Below, piece after piece: positions 19,613 through 29,457 of a DNA stretch of 64,000 bases. The translations under genes and the position numbers were made by a program. Position 1 is the stretch's first letter; each line of letters opens with the position of its first letter. Source of the DNA: Pelagomonas calceolata (lineage: Eukaryota); assembly GCA_918797485.1 (NCBI GenBank), contig CAKKNE010000004.1:4216001-4280000 (forward strand), read 5' to 3'. The notes under the pieces were generated by a model that was given only the letters and a program-made list of their open reading frames with translations, was not told the origin of the DNA and searched no databases.

Positions 19613-20284
19613 ATGGCGCAAGCAACACCGAATCGATGGCTTCGCTTGCTCTCTGCACTTGTTTTGACACGTACGCTGGGACTTGAACCGATGCCGCTGC
19701 GAAAAGCACCAACGGCGCGCCGAGCAGTCCTCCAGCACACCACTGCAGCCTTGCTCGCAGCCGCCGCGGCACCTGCATACGCAAACATCGGCGGCGCCGA
19801 CTACGTCATCGGCGGCGCCCGCCTCGCCGAATCCATATCCAGTGGAGAAGGCCAGGTCGAGGCGCGGCTGCCGCGCGACCAGGCCGAGGCCCTGGCGCGG
19901 GCGGCCACGGACTACGGGAGCATCGGCGAGGCCTTCGCTGCCGAGGACGGCGCGGCGGCCCAGCAGGTCCAGGCCTACTTTCGAAATGGAGGCGGCTACG
20001 ACGCGCTCGCCGACTCGATACAGGCCGTCACCCAGAACAAGGAGGCCTACCCCAAGTCCGTGCGCAAGGCCGGCGGCGCCTTCCTCGCGGCGACGGCGGC
20101 GACGCTCGAGAGTTATAATACCGGCGACTTCGAAAAAGCGCTGGTCCAGTACGAGTCCGCGCTCACAATTCTCGCGGGCTACTGCGCGCGCGTGGGCGTC
20201 GTGGCGGGCGCGCCCGTCGCGAAGCCGGCGAAGGGGCCCGTGACGCGGCGGACGTACCTGCCGGGGCCGTTCCAACTAATGTGA
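19613..20284 (+). CDS. Putative thylakoid-lumen protein (signal peptide plus twin-arginine presequence)
   Basis: Hydrophobic signal, then ARRAVL...AALLAAAAAPAYA cleavage motif. Confidence 0.65.
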   Translation: MAQATPNRWLRLLSALVLTRTLGLEPMPLRKAPTARRAVLQHTTAALLAAAAAPAYANIGGADYVIGGARLAESISSGEGQVEARLPRDQAEALARAATDYGSIGEAFAAEDGAAAQQVQAYFRNGGGYDALADSIQAVTQNKEAYPKSVRKAGGAFLAATAATLESYNTGDFEKALVQYESALTILAGYCARVGVVAGAPVAKPAKGPVTRRTYLPGPFQLM

Positions 20285-20496
20285 TGAATCCGTTCTCGAG
20301 TAGTCGCTTCGACGGCGTTCCGGCTTCCTGTTTATTGCTCCGGGCAACACGCAGTCGCGTCGACTGGCGTGAAGAGTGGCCCGCCCGTGCTCGGGCGAGG
20401 CCGCGCGGGGCCCAGCGTAGGGTCCTCGGAACAGTCCCGGACGGTGTTGTGCAGCGGCCTCCCCGTCGATCGACTGCCTGCAATTACTTTCTGAGG

Positions 20497-20516
20497 CTAG
20501 CGCACCGACACACTAG
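20497..20516 (-). promoter_or_regulatory. CTAG element, variant type (rc CTAGTGTGTCGGTGCGCTAG)
   Basis: About 170 bp upstream of the ATG at 20685. Confidence 0.55.
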
Positions 20517-20684
20517 GCTCGCATTTAACTCGGCGCTGGGACAGCCACAGGCTGTGGCCCACTAAACGCGCTGCCCGAGCGGCACGAGACGGCCGCAGGG
20601 CATCCGTCGCACGGGCTCCGAGACCCCAGCACGGCGCCACTGCGAGCCACCATGCATAAACACCAGCACGCATAACCAGGCAGC

Positions 20685-23600
20685 ATGGGCAGCCAGTTCT
20701 CGTCCGGCTTCGTGCCGTCCGAATTGAGGCAGCATGTGGAAAGACCCTTGGCGCGAGTCAAGGTCTTGTTTGATGCTTTCAAGAGACTGTGCCGGGACGA
20801 CTTCCAGAACAACGGCATGTTCATAACCCGAGACCAGTTCCAGCGGGTCTTCGACATGGACGTCGACGAGGCGCATCGCCATTTTGGATATTGGGATCGG
20901 GCGCGGCGCGGTCGTGTTAGTTCGGTGGAGCTGTGGGGCGCCATGGCGTTGTGCTGCGCGGAGCGCGAGGAGCTCAAGATCAATTTCTGCTTCTCGGAGT
21001 TGCTGGACCTCGATAAAGATGGTGCGCTCAATGAAGTTGAGTTAAGACTACTGCTGTCGAGTGTCTCGACGGGTGTCGCTCGACTCAAGCAGATCCGGGC
21101 GCCTCCGCCCGACTTGATTGATACTGTGGTGCAAGCAGCTTTTGAGCAAGCTATCAAGACCGAAGACGAGCTCGCATTGCAGGGCAAGATGGACCTGTAT
21201 AATTTTGGCATGTACCTGAAGGGCGACGATGACCTCCAAAAATATCTAGCGTCACTGGAACGAGAGGATTCCGGCGACAGTGAGGAGCTGTACAAGCAGC
21301 AAGCTGATTTACTGTTGGAGTTAGCTAAACTAGATGCGCGCCTCGATGAAATAGATGATGAGAGAGCCAGGGCGGAGCACGACAAGCGGTTGTACGAGGA
21401 CGAGCGGGGCGGCGACGTGCGCAAAGAGTTGGTTGTTGGTTTACGGGGTTTATACGACGAAGCGTCGTCGGACGATGAAGTCGAGGTGTTGCTGGGCGAC
21501 GGCGAAGCTAGATTGGCGAGTGCGGCGCGGAAGAAGGCCAAGGAGAGCGGGAGGGCGATGGTGATCGAGCAGGAAAAGACGTTTGTGACTGCGGGAGAGC
21601 CCGTGCACATCTCCAACAAATTACTAGCCAAGGCATACGCGTCGAAACAAACCACGACCTACTACAAGAATGAGGCTAAGCGCCGGAAAGCGCTGGAGCG
21701 GGAACGAGCTCTAAAAGTCGAGGGCGGATTGGCCTACTCGAAAAATCGTAAGGAGAAGATTGACACACCAACAAGCCCCCCGAGGCAAGCGTCGAAGCTC
21801 AACGCCCAGATGGAGCGACGAGCGCGGCGCAAGAAGGCCCTCGGGCCGCGGGCGGGCGACGACGGCGGGGACATATTTAAACGACTCGCGCGAAAGCCGG
21901 CCAAAGCTTTGGTGGGCAGTGACAAGGACGACAAGGAGAAAGCCATGCTGTTACATAAGTGGCGGACCTTCGAGCAGGGCATCGACGAGCTCGTGCGGCT
22001 CGATGTCGACTTGTTCGAGGATTTATTTGAAGCTTTGGCGGTGTTTATTACGGACGACGAGGCTCAGGAGGCGTTGAGGGTGATGCCCTGCAATGCTGTT
22101 GGTGCTTATTCATTGGATGCAGTGTTACAATGGCACCGCAATCGGCACGTACAAGAGCCGACGGGCAACGAAGCCATCCAGGCGGCCAAGACGAAGCTCG
22201 AGACGATCAAGGATTGGGTCAACAGAGCCGGCTCTATCCTAAGGAGGTGGTCCACGAATGTGAGGTCTCGGTTAGCCGCGAAGCGCGAGGAGATGCTCGC
22301 TCGTAGTGTAGTAGCGGTGCAAGAAGAAGAAGAAGATGAAGATGATGAGTCGGACTCCGACGCATCGGAAGCAGACACGGCGACGACGGCGTCGCAGTCC
22401 GTCAAACTACCTGTGATTGAAGGACCGCAGGAGATCGTCCCGGGACTCCGGGGCCAAGCGCCCCAAGCAACGTTTGACGATCCAAAGCAATTAGTATCAC
22501 CGGCCAAGTCCGAACAGTCCTACAAGCCCGAACCGACGCAGCCCTGCGCGGGGAACGCTTCCCTCAAAATAGGCGAGGGGGACGACCCTAAACTGACAGA
22601 ACCGAAGGCTTCGTTAAAATTCGCCTTGTTGCGCACATCAAGACCGCAACTCGGGCTGGGTGGCAAGAGCGGCCCCGACGCGTTGAACGACGCCATCGAC
22701 CAGGGTTTAAATGATACAAGGAAGCTAGATGTATCAGCTGCCGAATTGATCTCCGTAGATTATCGAAGGGCCTTGCAAGCGTTCCAAGGTGAATCATCGG
22801 CACCTAAAGAGCAGAAATCACCAGTCAAGCAGCCGCGGCCGACGACGGCAGCCTCACCGAGACGACCTAGAACCGGCATCGACGACTGGGATCCCGAGGG
22901 CCCCGAGCCTGCTAGATCCGTGTTTTGGGTCGATCTGCCCATCGACAAGGATGTAAGTGTGGAGAAAGTGGTCAGTGTCTCGAGGGAGATCGAAGCTACT
23001 GCCAGAATCATACCTCGAGATTATGCGAAGCATTACTTTGATCGGGTGAGGTGTGACGTGGTGGTCGCGCAACTCCCCATGAAAAGTAAGGGCAAACGTA
23101 AAAATGTAGCAGGTCAGAAGGTCGAGAAGCCCGTTTTGAGGGTGCAGGTGTTTTCCAGACATGATCCCCTGCAGATCGTCGAATCTGCTTTACCGGAAGA
23201 TGCGAGACCGTCGCAAATCCTAGGTACAATAACAGGTGTCTGTGATTTCAATCATACGTTGGCTGAGCTTGCGCATGAAGCGGCGAAGTACCACGACTTG
23301 GCGCCGCGGCTCTGGGGCCCGCAAGAAGTCGAGCTAGGTGACGAGAGTCCTACGTCCTTCCGAGAACGAATCAGGTTATTGAGGAAGCAGTTGCACGACG
23401 ACGCCGACGCCGTGGATGGGATGGACCAGGACGAGCTCCGAGATAGGCTAGAAAGGGAAGGTCACGCGTCGACCGGCGCCTTCGCGAGGGGTAGAGACAA
23501 AGATGGCAAGGAGAAGCAGCCCGGCAAGGTCGCGAGAGAGCGATTACGAGCCGTGCTCTACCGGAAAGCGGCGCGATTGGGATACGGGGAACTGTCCGAC

Positions 23601-26600
23601 TTTGGGGCGAAAGTCGCTTCTAGCATTTTCAGACGCTTCGACCCGGACAAGAGTGGGGGCATGGACTTCGACGAGTTCGCGGCCATGAGTCGGGAGTTGG
23701 GTGAGTTGGCGCCCTTGGACAGTGCCGAATATAAAAAGTCTCTATCAGCTTCAGACGTGCATCTGAAGACCGAGGAGCATGTGGACCCCAACACGCACAT
23801 GAAGCGCGTCAAGGTCATGGGCGTGTCTGTTCAAGGTTTCGTGGCTCGCTATGCTCGGAAAGGTTCTTTGGGTACGGACGCGGCTCTGCTGGGGTGTGGC
23901 TCGCTCGACGACCAGATCCAACTCATCAGTTCGATGCAGCTGGAGTTGGATGCGGACGCGGCCGGTCGCGTCGAAGCGGCTCTCGTGGCGCACGCTCGGA
24001 CCATGTCTACTGAAAGGGTACGGAGCTGGTGGCCGTTGCGGACGTTCTTCCCGCAGCCTCGTCAACAGCGCCGCGCGGCTCTACTAGAGTGGCTCGCCTT
24101 CTTCCTGAAGTTCTCGAAGGGCTGTTTCGTCGAAAGGACCGCTTCCCGATTGTCGGATGTGCTAGGGAAAGATACCGCACCGGACTGGCTCACGAGCCCC
24201 GGTTACTTGTTTTATGCCATCCACCAATTGAGGGAAACACTAGCTAGAGGAAACGAGGGCGTCATCCCGTTATTTAGGAACGCTCTACAAGAGCAATTCG
24301 GTTCCAGATGGACCTCCTTGCATGAAGACCTCGGTAGTTTACACGAACAAGTACCAGTAAGAGAGATGGTCACAGATCCATTGGGAGTACAGAAGCAGCT
24401 GGCCGAGGACGACCAGGTGTTTAATGCCATGGCTGGAGTGGCTGGTGTGGGGCGCTTCGACAGTAGGCGAGAAAAGGTCCAGGATTTGACTGGATTTTCT
24501 CATGTGAACGTCATGCGCGTCGCGGCGAAGGCGTCATCGATACAATTACGAGGCATCCCGGAGCCGACGGAGGAGGAGGCTGAACGAGCAAAGGAGCAGG
24601 CCGAGATACGAGCGGCGCAGGCCGCGATCTCGCCGGCCAAGTCGACAACTTCCCAGGCTTCGGACCTCGGCGAGGAGCACGACGTTTCACTATATGATGA
24701 AGCCTTCGAGCGGTTGTTATTAGGCGAGGAGAAGTTCCCTCCGAAGCCGGACGAAGATGACGTGGTTGTTGTGGGCGGTCTGAGCGCGAACGACCCGACG
24801 GCGGAGGAGGCCGAGGCGGACGAAAAGGAAGAACAGTTAAGGGCCCACGGGTCGAACCCCTTCTGCGACGAGGGGGCCCTACAACATTGTGCTCACTTGC
24901 AGACCGAGGTCGACGACTGCGAATCGGCTCTACAAAGGGAAAACATTCCTCCGTACGCGCGCGAGTCGCTCGAGCGGAGAAGAGACGCTCGTGTTCGCGA
25001 GTTGGCTTGTTATAGTGAAGCGTTCGAGCGGCGAGAGGTTTTGGCACTCGCACGAGCTTTGAGGTTTTACGACGGGCTCCGAGACATTGCCGCGGGCCCG
25101 TGCTCCTTTGGCTTTGGCACTCACACGCGGACAGTACGAGGTGAATTGGACGGCTTCCTGGATACGGTCAGACTCGGCAGATTACTTCCAGCGGGCATGG
25201 GCGAAGCCGCTGCCTTAGAACTGCACGAGGCGCAGGAAAAACGTAGAGCGACGGACCGCCTCCTCGAAGCTCAAAGGCGTATTTTGCACGAGAAGGAGCT
25301 CATGAGAAAGGCGGCGGAAGTCGCGGCCCAACGAGCGATCACCGCCGAGAAAAGAAGAGTGAGGAGAAGGTTCGTGGAAGAAGTGAGGTTATACGGCCGG
25401 GGCGAAAAGTACATGCGCGAAGCCTTGTTTTATGCGACCAAATATGGACCTACTGATAGTGTAGCGGACCGGAAACGGTTAGAGGCGGAGGAGTTGTGGC
25501 AGAAGCTCATCAAGGTCAGGAAAGAAAGAAGGGGTGATGTAAGTGTCGCGCACGCGGTATGTGTCTCGAATCTAGCGGTGCTAGTCGCCATCCGAGGCCG
25601 CGCAAATAAGTCCATGCTCCAATTACAGGAAGCCGTGGAGCAGGCCCAAGCTGCGATCGGATTGGCGGAACGAGCCCTGGAGGACCGGATCCGCGCCGAG
25701 GCCGCCTCGACGAAGTGCCTCTTCGAGATCTACCACCAAGCCTTACTGGACTGGGACAAGGCCTTTGCGATCCTCGCCGCGAACGAGGCGAAGCAAGATC
25801 ATAAGAGGCAGGCTAAAATTAGTCTGTTAGAGCGGGAACAGGCTTCACTACAAAAAGAAGAAACCGAGGACGAAGATCGAGTAGCGATCATCGAGGACCG
25901 TCTGAAGAGTCTAGCCAAGTCCCTGGAGAGCATGACGCAGCAGCGCTGGAACTCGAAGTTCGAGATTGATTCTTTCATAAAAACAAAGCCGGAGCGACCG
26001 CTCATAGAAGTGGAAAGGCACGAGGACGCGATGCTGGTACTAGCTGTGTGCATCGCGAACGAATTGCTGATCATCGAGGACATCGGGCCGCCGCCTGACA
26101 GTCAAGAAGATCTGAGACGGAACGTGCTGTGGCGGCAGTGCGTTGCTATATATGCTTGTGCGTCGGAGCGAGGCCGGTCGCAGCTCGACAACTTGAACAG
26201 GCGCTTCGCGCGACTGAGGGACGAGAACTACATGCCTGATGCGATGCCTTCTTCCTCAGACGACGACGACTCGGACGATGAATCAGATGAGTCCGTGGCA
26301 CCGGAGCCGGGGGACACGTTCGTCGACGAAACACCCTTATCAGAGATGTGGTACGAACGACATGCGGAGGATGATCCAGTGCCACCTCTGAATATACAAG
26401 GATGTGGTGTCGAGATAGGGGGCTTCTTCCCGCCCCCTTCTCCCTCTGCAATAAGGCAGGAGATGGAGGCGAAAATAATCGCCAAGGAACAGGAGAAGGA
26501 AACGAAGAAGCAGGAGGTCCTCCAGGAGAAGGAGCGCAACCGCAAGACCGAGGCCAAGATGCGGCGCATGCGCCGGCAAATGAGCATGATCACGGACTTC

Positions 26601-28388
26601 GACGAGGAGACGTTGCGCAAGTTGGAAAGGGTCGATCCGGCACGAGCACGGAGAATCAGGGCGAACATTGAACGCGAGAGAACGTTGGAGATCAAGCGGT
26701 TGCGGAACCTCGAGAAGGAGGAACGTAGAAGATTGAGGAAGGAGCGCGAGATGATGGCGCCGACGGCCTCTATTGATCCGTGCAGTCCGGTCCAGTCCAA
26801 GGAGGCCGCGGATTGCCAGCGGCAGATTGAGTTCATACGAGAATTGAAGGAGCAGAAGGCCTCGAAGAAAGAGATTAAGAAGGCTACGGAACACTTAAAG
26901 GAGCTCCAGGAGGTCCATAAGGAAGTACACGGCAAAATTTACGACGAGTGGGTTAGATTTAAGGGCTCGTACTGGGAGAACGTGCCTGGTCGAAGCAACA
27001 CGCCTACCCTCGATCGGGCCATTGAAAGGGTACTGGGTCGAAGACGATCGAGGGGCTCGCTGGGCGAACGGCCAGAGGCGCTGCAGAAGGCTCAAGATAG
27101 AGGTAGTGACATGCGGCGGTCGTCCTTCGAGGACAACCGCGACAAGATCTATGGACGGCCGACGCGGTTGGTGCGGCCCGAGCCGTCCTTCCAGCGCAAA
27201 CAGTCCGCTCGTAAAGATCTGATCAACTACGAGAAGCCTTCGCTCACAAAGCCGAGCACGTTATTACCTTCCTTATCACGGGCCGACAAGTACGCTATTG
27301 GATTACATACGGGGCACGACCGCCCCCAGAAGCGCATCCCGCCCTCCTTGTTCTCGCGCGTCGTCAAGAAGCTGCCTTCCCTGCTGCCGCGGGCGCCTTG
27401 TGCGAAGATAGACCATATCGAAGACGAGGCGTCGGTGGACTGGATCGGCGAGGCTCTGCGGCCGCCGGACGCGCCGGTCGACGGCGTCGTCGACGGCGTT
27501 GTCGTCGGCGAGGACGAAGCTCTGTCGCCGACGCCCTCGACGCCCGAGGAGTACTTGCCCCTGTCGGACGCGGCCGTCTGGAAGTTTCAGGCGCCGGCGC
27601 CGGCGCCGGCGCCGGCCGCCAGCGCGCCTCGGCACACGCCTGGGGTCACTTGGGGCTCCGACGTGTTCAGGGGCGCGGAGACACCGGAGACACCGAAGCG
27701 GCACATCTTCTTCGAGCCGCGGAGTCCTACGGACACCGACGGCGGCGCCTTCTCGCCGACGCCGTCCATGGCCGACCGCCCCGGGACCGGTGCGCGCCCC
27801 TGGACCGGTGCGGGGACCCCGACGCCGTCGATGTCGTTCTCGCCGTCTGGAGACATGTATGCCGCGCCGGCGCCTGCTTACACGCCGGGGCGCACGCCCG
27901 GCACTCCTGGCGTTAGGTGGAGTGACGATTTGCCCGGCGCGTCGTTTGGCGCATCAGACAGAGGCGTGGCGACTCCGACGCCGTCGATGGCGTACTCACG
28001 CGCGGCAACACCAGGGACGCCCACGCCGTCGATGGCCGATCGACCCTTGACTGGAGACATCTATGCCGCGCCGGCGCCTGCTTATACGCCTGGTCGCACG
28101 CCCGGCACGCCTGGTGTCCGGTGGAGCGATGACGTACCCGGCGCGTCGTTTGGCGCTTCGGACTTCAAGCGCGCGGCGACGCCTGGTACACCCACACCGT
28201 CCATGGCGTGCTCGCCGGACGAAATGCAGGACGACGACGATAGCATGGCGACAGCTGCCCAGGAGGCGCAGGACGATAGCCCCCCATGGCGGACGTTAGA
28301 CGATGAGGGCGCCTTCTCGCCGACGCCATCGATGACGGACCGGCCCCTGACCGGTGGGGGCCCCTCGGATGTAAATCACAACTGTTAG
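20685..28388 (+). CDS. Giant EF-hand protein (2567 aa) with N-myristoylation motif, coiled coils, WHEP-like helix pair and repetitive S/T-P tail
   Basis: MGSQFS N-terminus; EF-hand loops DLDKDGALNEVE and DPDKSGGMDFDE; uninterrupted 7.7-kb ORF. Confidence 0.85.
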   Translation: MGSQFSSGFVPSELRQHVERPLARVKVLFDAFKRLCRDDFQNNGMFITRDQFQRVFDMDVDEAHRHFGYWDRARRGRVSSVELWGAMALCCAEREELKINFCFSELLDLDKDGALNEVELRLLLSSVSTGVARLKQIRAPPPDLIDTVVQAAFEQAIKTEDELALQGKMDLYNFGMYLKGDDDLQKYLASLEREDSGDSEELYKQQADLLLELAKLDARLDEIDDERARAEHDKRLYEDERGGDVRKELVVGLRGLYDEASSDDEVEVLLGDGEARLASAARKKAKESGRAMVIEQEKTFVTAGEPVHISNKLLAKAYASKQTTTYYKNEAKRRKALERERALKVEGGLAYSKNRKEKIDTPTSPPRQASKLNAQMERRARRKKALGPRAGDDGGDIFKRLARKPAKALVGSDKDDKEKAMLLHKWRTFEQGIDELVRLDVDLFEDLFEALAVFITDDEAQEALRVMPCNAVGAYSLDAVLQWHRNRHVQEPTGNEAIQAAKTKLETIKDWVNRAGSILRRWSTNVRSRLAAKREEMLARSVVAVQEEEEDEDDESDSDASEADTATTASQSVKLPVIEGPQEIVPGLRGQAPQATFDDPKQLVSPAKSEQSYKPEPTQPCAGNASLKIGEGDDPKLTEPKASLKFALLRTSRPQLGLGGKSGPDALNDAIDQGLNDTRKLDVSAAELISVDYRRALQAFQGESSAPKEQKSPVKQPRPTTAASPRRPRTGIDDWDPEGPEPARSVFWVDLPIDKDVSVEKVVSVSREIEATARIIPRDYAKHYFDRVRCDVVVAQLPMKSKGKRKNVAGQKVEKPVLRVQVFSRHDPLQIVESALPEDARPSQILGTITGVCDFNHTLAELAHEAAKYHDLAPRLWGPQEVELGDESPTSFRERIRLLRKQLHDDADAVDGMDQDELRDRLEREGHASTGAFARGRDKDGKEKQPGKVARERLRAVLYRKAARLGYGELSDFGAKVASSIFRRFDPDKSGGMDFDEFAAMSRELGELAPLDSAEYKKSLSASDVHLKTEEHVDPNTHMKRVKVMGVSVQGFVARYARKGSLGTDAALLGCGSLDDQIQLISSMQLELDADAAGRVEAALVAHARTMSTERVRSWWPLRTFFPQPRQQRRAALLEWLAFFLKFSKGCFVERTASRLSDVLGKDTAPDWLTSPGYLFYAIHQLRETLARGNEGVIPLFRNALQEQFGSRWTSLHEDLGSLHEQVPVREMVTDPLGVQKQLAEDDQVFNAMAGVAGVGRFDSRREKVQDLTGFSHVNVMRVAAKASSIQLRGIPEPTEEEAERAKEQAEIRAAQAAISPAKSTTSQASDLGEEHDVSLYDEAFERLLLGEEKFPPKPDEDDVVVVGGLSANDPTAEEAEADEKEEQLRAHGSNPFCDEGALQHCAHLQTEVDDCESALQRENIPPYARESLERRRDARVRELACYSEAFERREVLALARALRFYDGLRDIAAGPCSFGFGTHTRTVRGELDGFLDTVRLGRLLPAGMGEAAALELHEAQEKRRATDRLLEAQRRILHEKELMRKAAEVAAQRAITAEKRRVRRRFVEEVRLYGRGEKYMREALFYATKYGPTDSVADRKRLEAEELWQKLIKVRKERRGDVSVAHAVCVSNLAVLVAIRGRANKSMLQLQEAVEQAQAAIGLAERALEDRIRAEAASTKCLFEIYHQALLDWDKAFAILAANEAKQDHKRQAKISLLEREQASLQKEETEDEDRVAIIEDRLKSLAKSLESMTQQRWNSKFEIDSFIKTKPERPLIEVERHEDAMLVLAVCIANELLIIEDIGPPPDSQEDLRRNVLWRQCVAIYACASERGRSQLDNLNRRFARLRDENYMPDAMPSSSDDDDSDDESDESVAPEPGDTFVDETPLSEMWYERHAEDDPVPPLNIQGCGVEIGGFFPPPSPSAIRQEMEAKIIAKEQEKETKKQEVLQEKERNRKTEAKMRRMRRQMSMITDFDEETLRKLERVDPARARRIRANIERERTLEIKRLRNLEKEERRRLRKEREMMAPTASIDPCSPVQSKEAADCQRQIEFIRELKEQKASKKEIKKATEHLKELQEVHKEVHGKIYDEWVRFKGSYWENVPGRSNTPTLDRAIERVLGRRRSRGSLGERPEALQKAQDRGSDMRRSSFEDNRDKIYGRPTRLVRPEPSFQRKQSARKDLINYEKPSLTKPSTLLPSLSRADKYAIGLHTGHDRPQKRIPPSLFSRVVKKLPSLLPRAPCAKIDHIEDEASVDWIGEALRPPDAPVDGVVDGVVVGEDEALSPTPSTPEEYLPLSDAAVWKFQAPAPAPAPAASAPRHTPGVTWGSDVFRGAETPETPKRHIFFEPRSPTDTDGGAFSPTPSMADRPGTGARPWTGAGTPTPSMSFSPSGDMYAAPAPAYTPGRTPGTPGVRWSDDLPGASFGASDRGVATPTPSMAYSRAATPGTPTPSMADRPLTGDIYAAPAPAYTPGRTPGTPGVRWSDDVPGASFGASDFKRAATPGTPTPSMACSPDEMQDDDDSMATAAQEAQDDSPPWRTLDDEGAFSPTPSMTDRPLTGGGPSDVNHNC
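27849..28163 (+). repeat. Coding duplication of about 110 nt at a 204-nt spacing, plus several PTPSM units
   Basis: GD(M/I)YAAPAPAYTPGRTPGTPGVRWSDD(L/V)PGASFGASD occurs twice, at 27849 and 28053. Confidence 0.85.
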
Positions 28389-28400
28389 TAGAACCTAGTG

Positions 28401-29111
28401 CTAGTGAACCTGCTGCACCCGGATCGTGCACTCGACCTTCGACCCGTCCATGCACGTCACGACGACGTCCAGCGAGCCCGTCGGGCAGAGCCGCGCGAGC
28501 GCCAGGCCCCGGACCATGTAGTCGTGCTCCTCCTGGACGACGGCGTGGGGCGCGCCGTTGATGTCCATCGTCAAAGGGGGCGACGCCGTCCAGGAGTCGT
28601 GCCTCCCCAGAATCACGTAGCCGCGCGCCGTCGCGTTCGCGCCGTCCGAGGGGTGGTGCGTCGGGTGCGCCGACGGCATGACGTTGTCGATGCCCTCCAA
28701 GATGCGCTTCGACGGTGCTGGAGGCGGCGGCGGTGGTGCACTCGTCTGCGGCAGGAACGCCGCGAAGACCTTGGAGAACGTCTCGATGTGCGGGTGGTCC
28801 CGCAGGACCTCGGCAGGGATGTCCTCGCAGTCGTTCAGCGACTTGACGGCCTCGGCGTCGCCCACGAATTTTAAAGTGCCGCCGCTGCGGATGAACACCT
28901 GTGGGTATTGCCCCCGCAGGTTCGAGAGCGCGAACATCTCCGAGCGGAGGGTTTTGTTGTTTGCGTCGACGCCGTCGATCTCTTCCACTTGAATCTTCTT
29001 GCCTCGAAAAATATTTCTGAGGTTTGCTTGGGCGCCTTCTACAATGGTTGTGGATGGCATGCTGGTGACCAGGAGCAGCACGGCGTCTGCGGTGGCTGCG
29101 AGCTCAGCCAT
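28401..29111 (-). CDS. SH3BGR/glutaredoxin-like protein
   Basis: LLVTSM...IFRGKKIQVEEIDG...RSEMFALSNLRGQYPQVFI thioredoxin-fold motif. Confidence 0.7.
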   Translation of the reverse strand: MAELAATADAVLLLVTSMPSTTIVEGAQANLRNIFRGKKIQVEEIDGVDANNKTLRSEMFALSNLRGQYPQVFIRSGGTLKFVGDAEAVKSLNDCEDIPAEVLRDHPHIETFSKVFAAFLPQTSAPPPPPPAPSKRILEGIDNVMPSAHPTHHPSDGANATARGYVILGRHDSWTASPPLTMDINGAPHAVVQEEHDYMVRGLALARLCPTGSLDVVVTCMDGSKVECTIRVQQVH

Positions 29112-29222
29112 GGTTGCGCTGGGCTGGTCAAGCGACCCGAAACTGTACTTTGAAACACTCTTGGGTTTGTGAGACGGCAGCTTATCCGAGCTCGCACACT
29201 CTGCGGAGTTATGGAATTCGTG

Positions 29223-29244
29223 CTAGCGGCCTATAAGACACTAG
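29223..29244 (-). promoter_or_regulatory. CTAG element (rc CTAGTGTCTTATAGGCCGCTAG)
   Basis: Core copy in a divergent intergenic region. Confidence 0.7.
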
Positions 29245-29457
29245 CACCAAGGAAGTATGAAAAAAAGTAGATTTTGGTCGCTCCACGCGTCTATAGGCAG
29301 CCAGAACTTCTCGGCAGACCCATAGAGGTCGCACCCGAAGTCAGCCGCAACGCCTGAGAGCGATTCCGCGCGTAGTAGCGCAGCCAGGAGCCGCAGAGAG
29401 CGTTCTCAAGGCGACCGGTGCGCGACGCCGGCGCGAGCCGGTCTCCACAAAGCAGTC

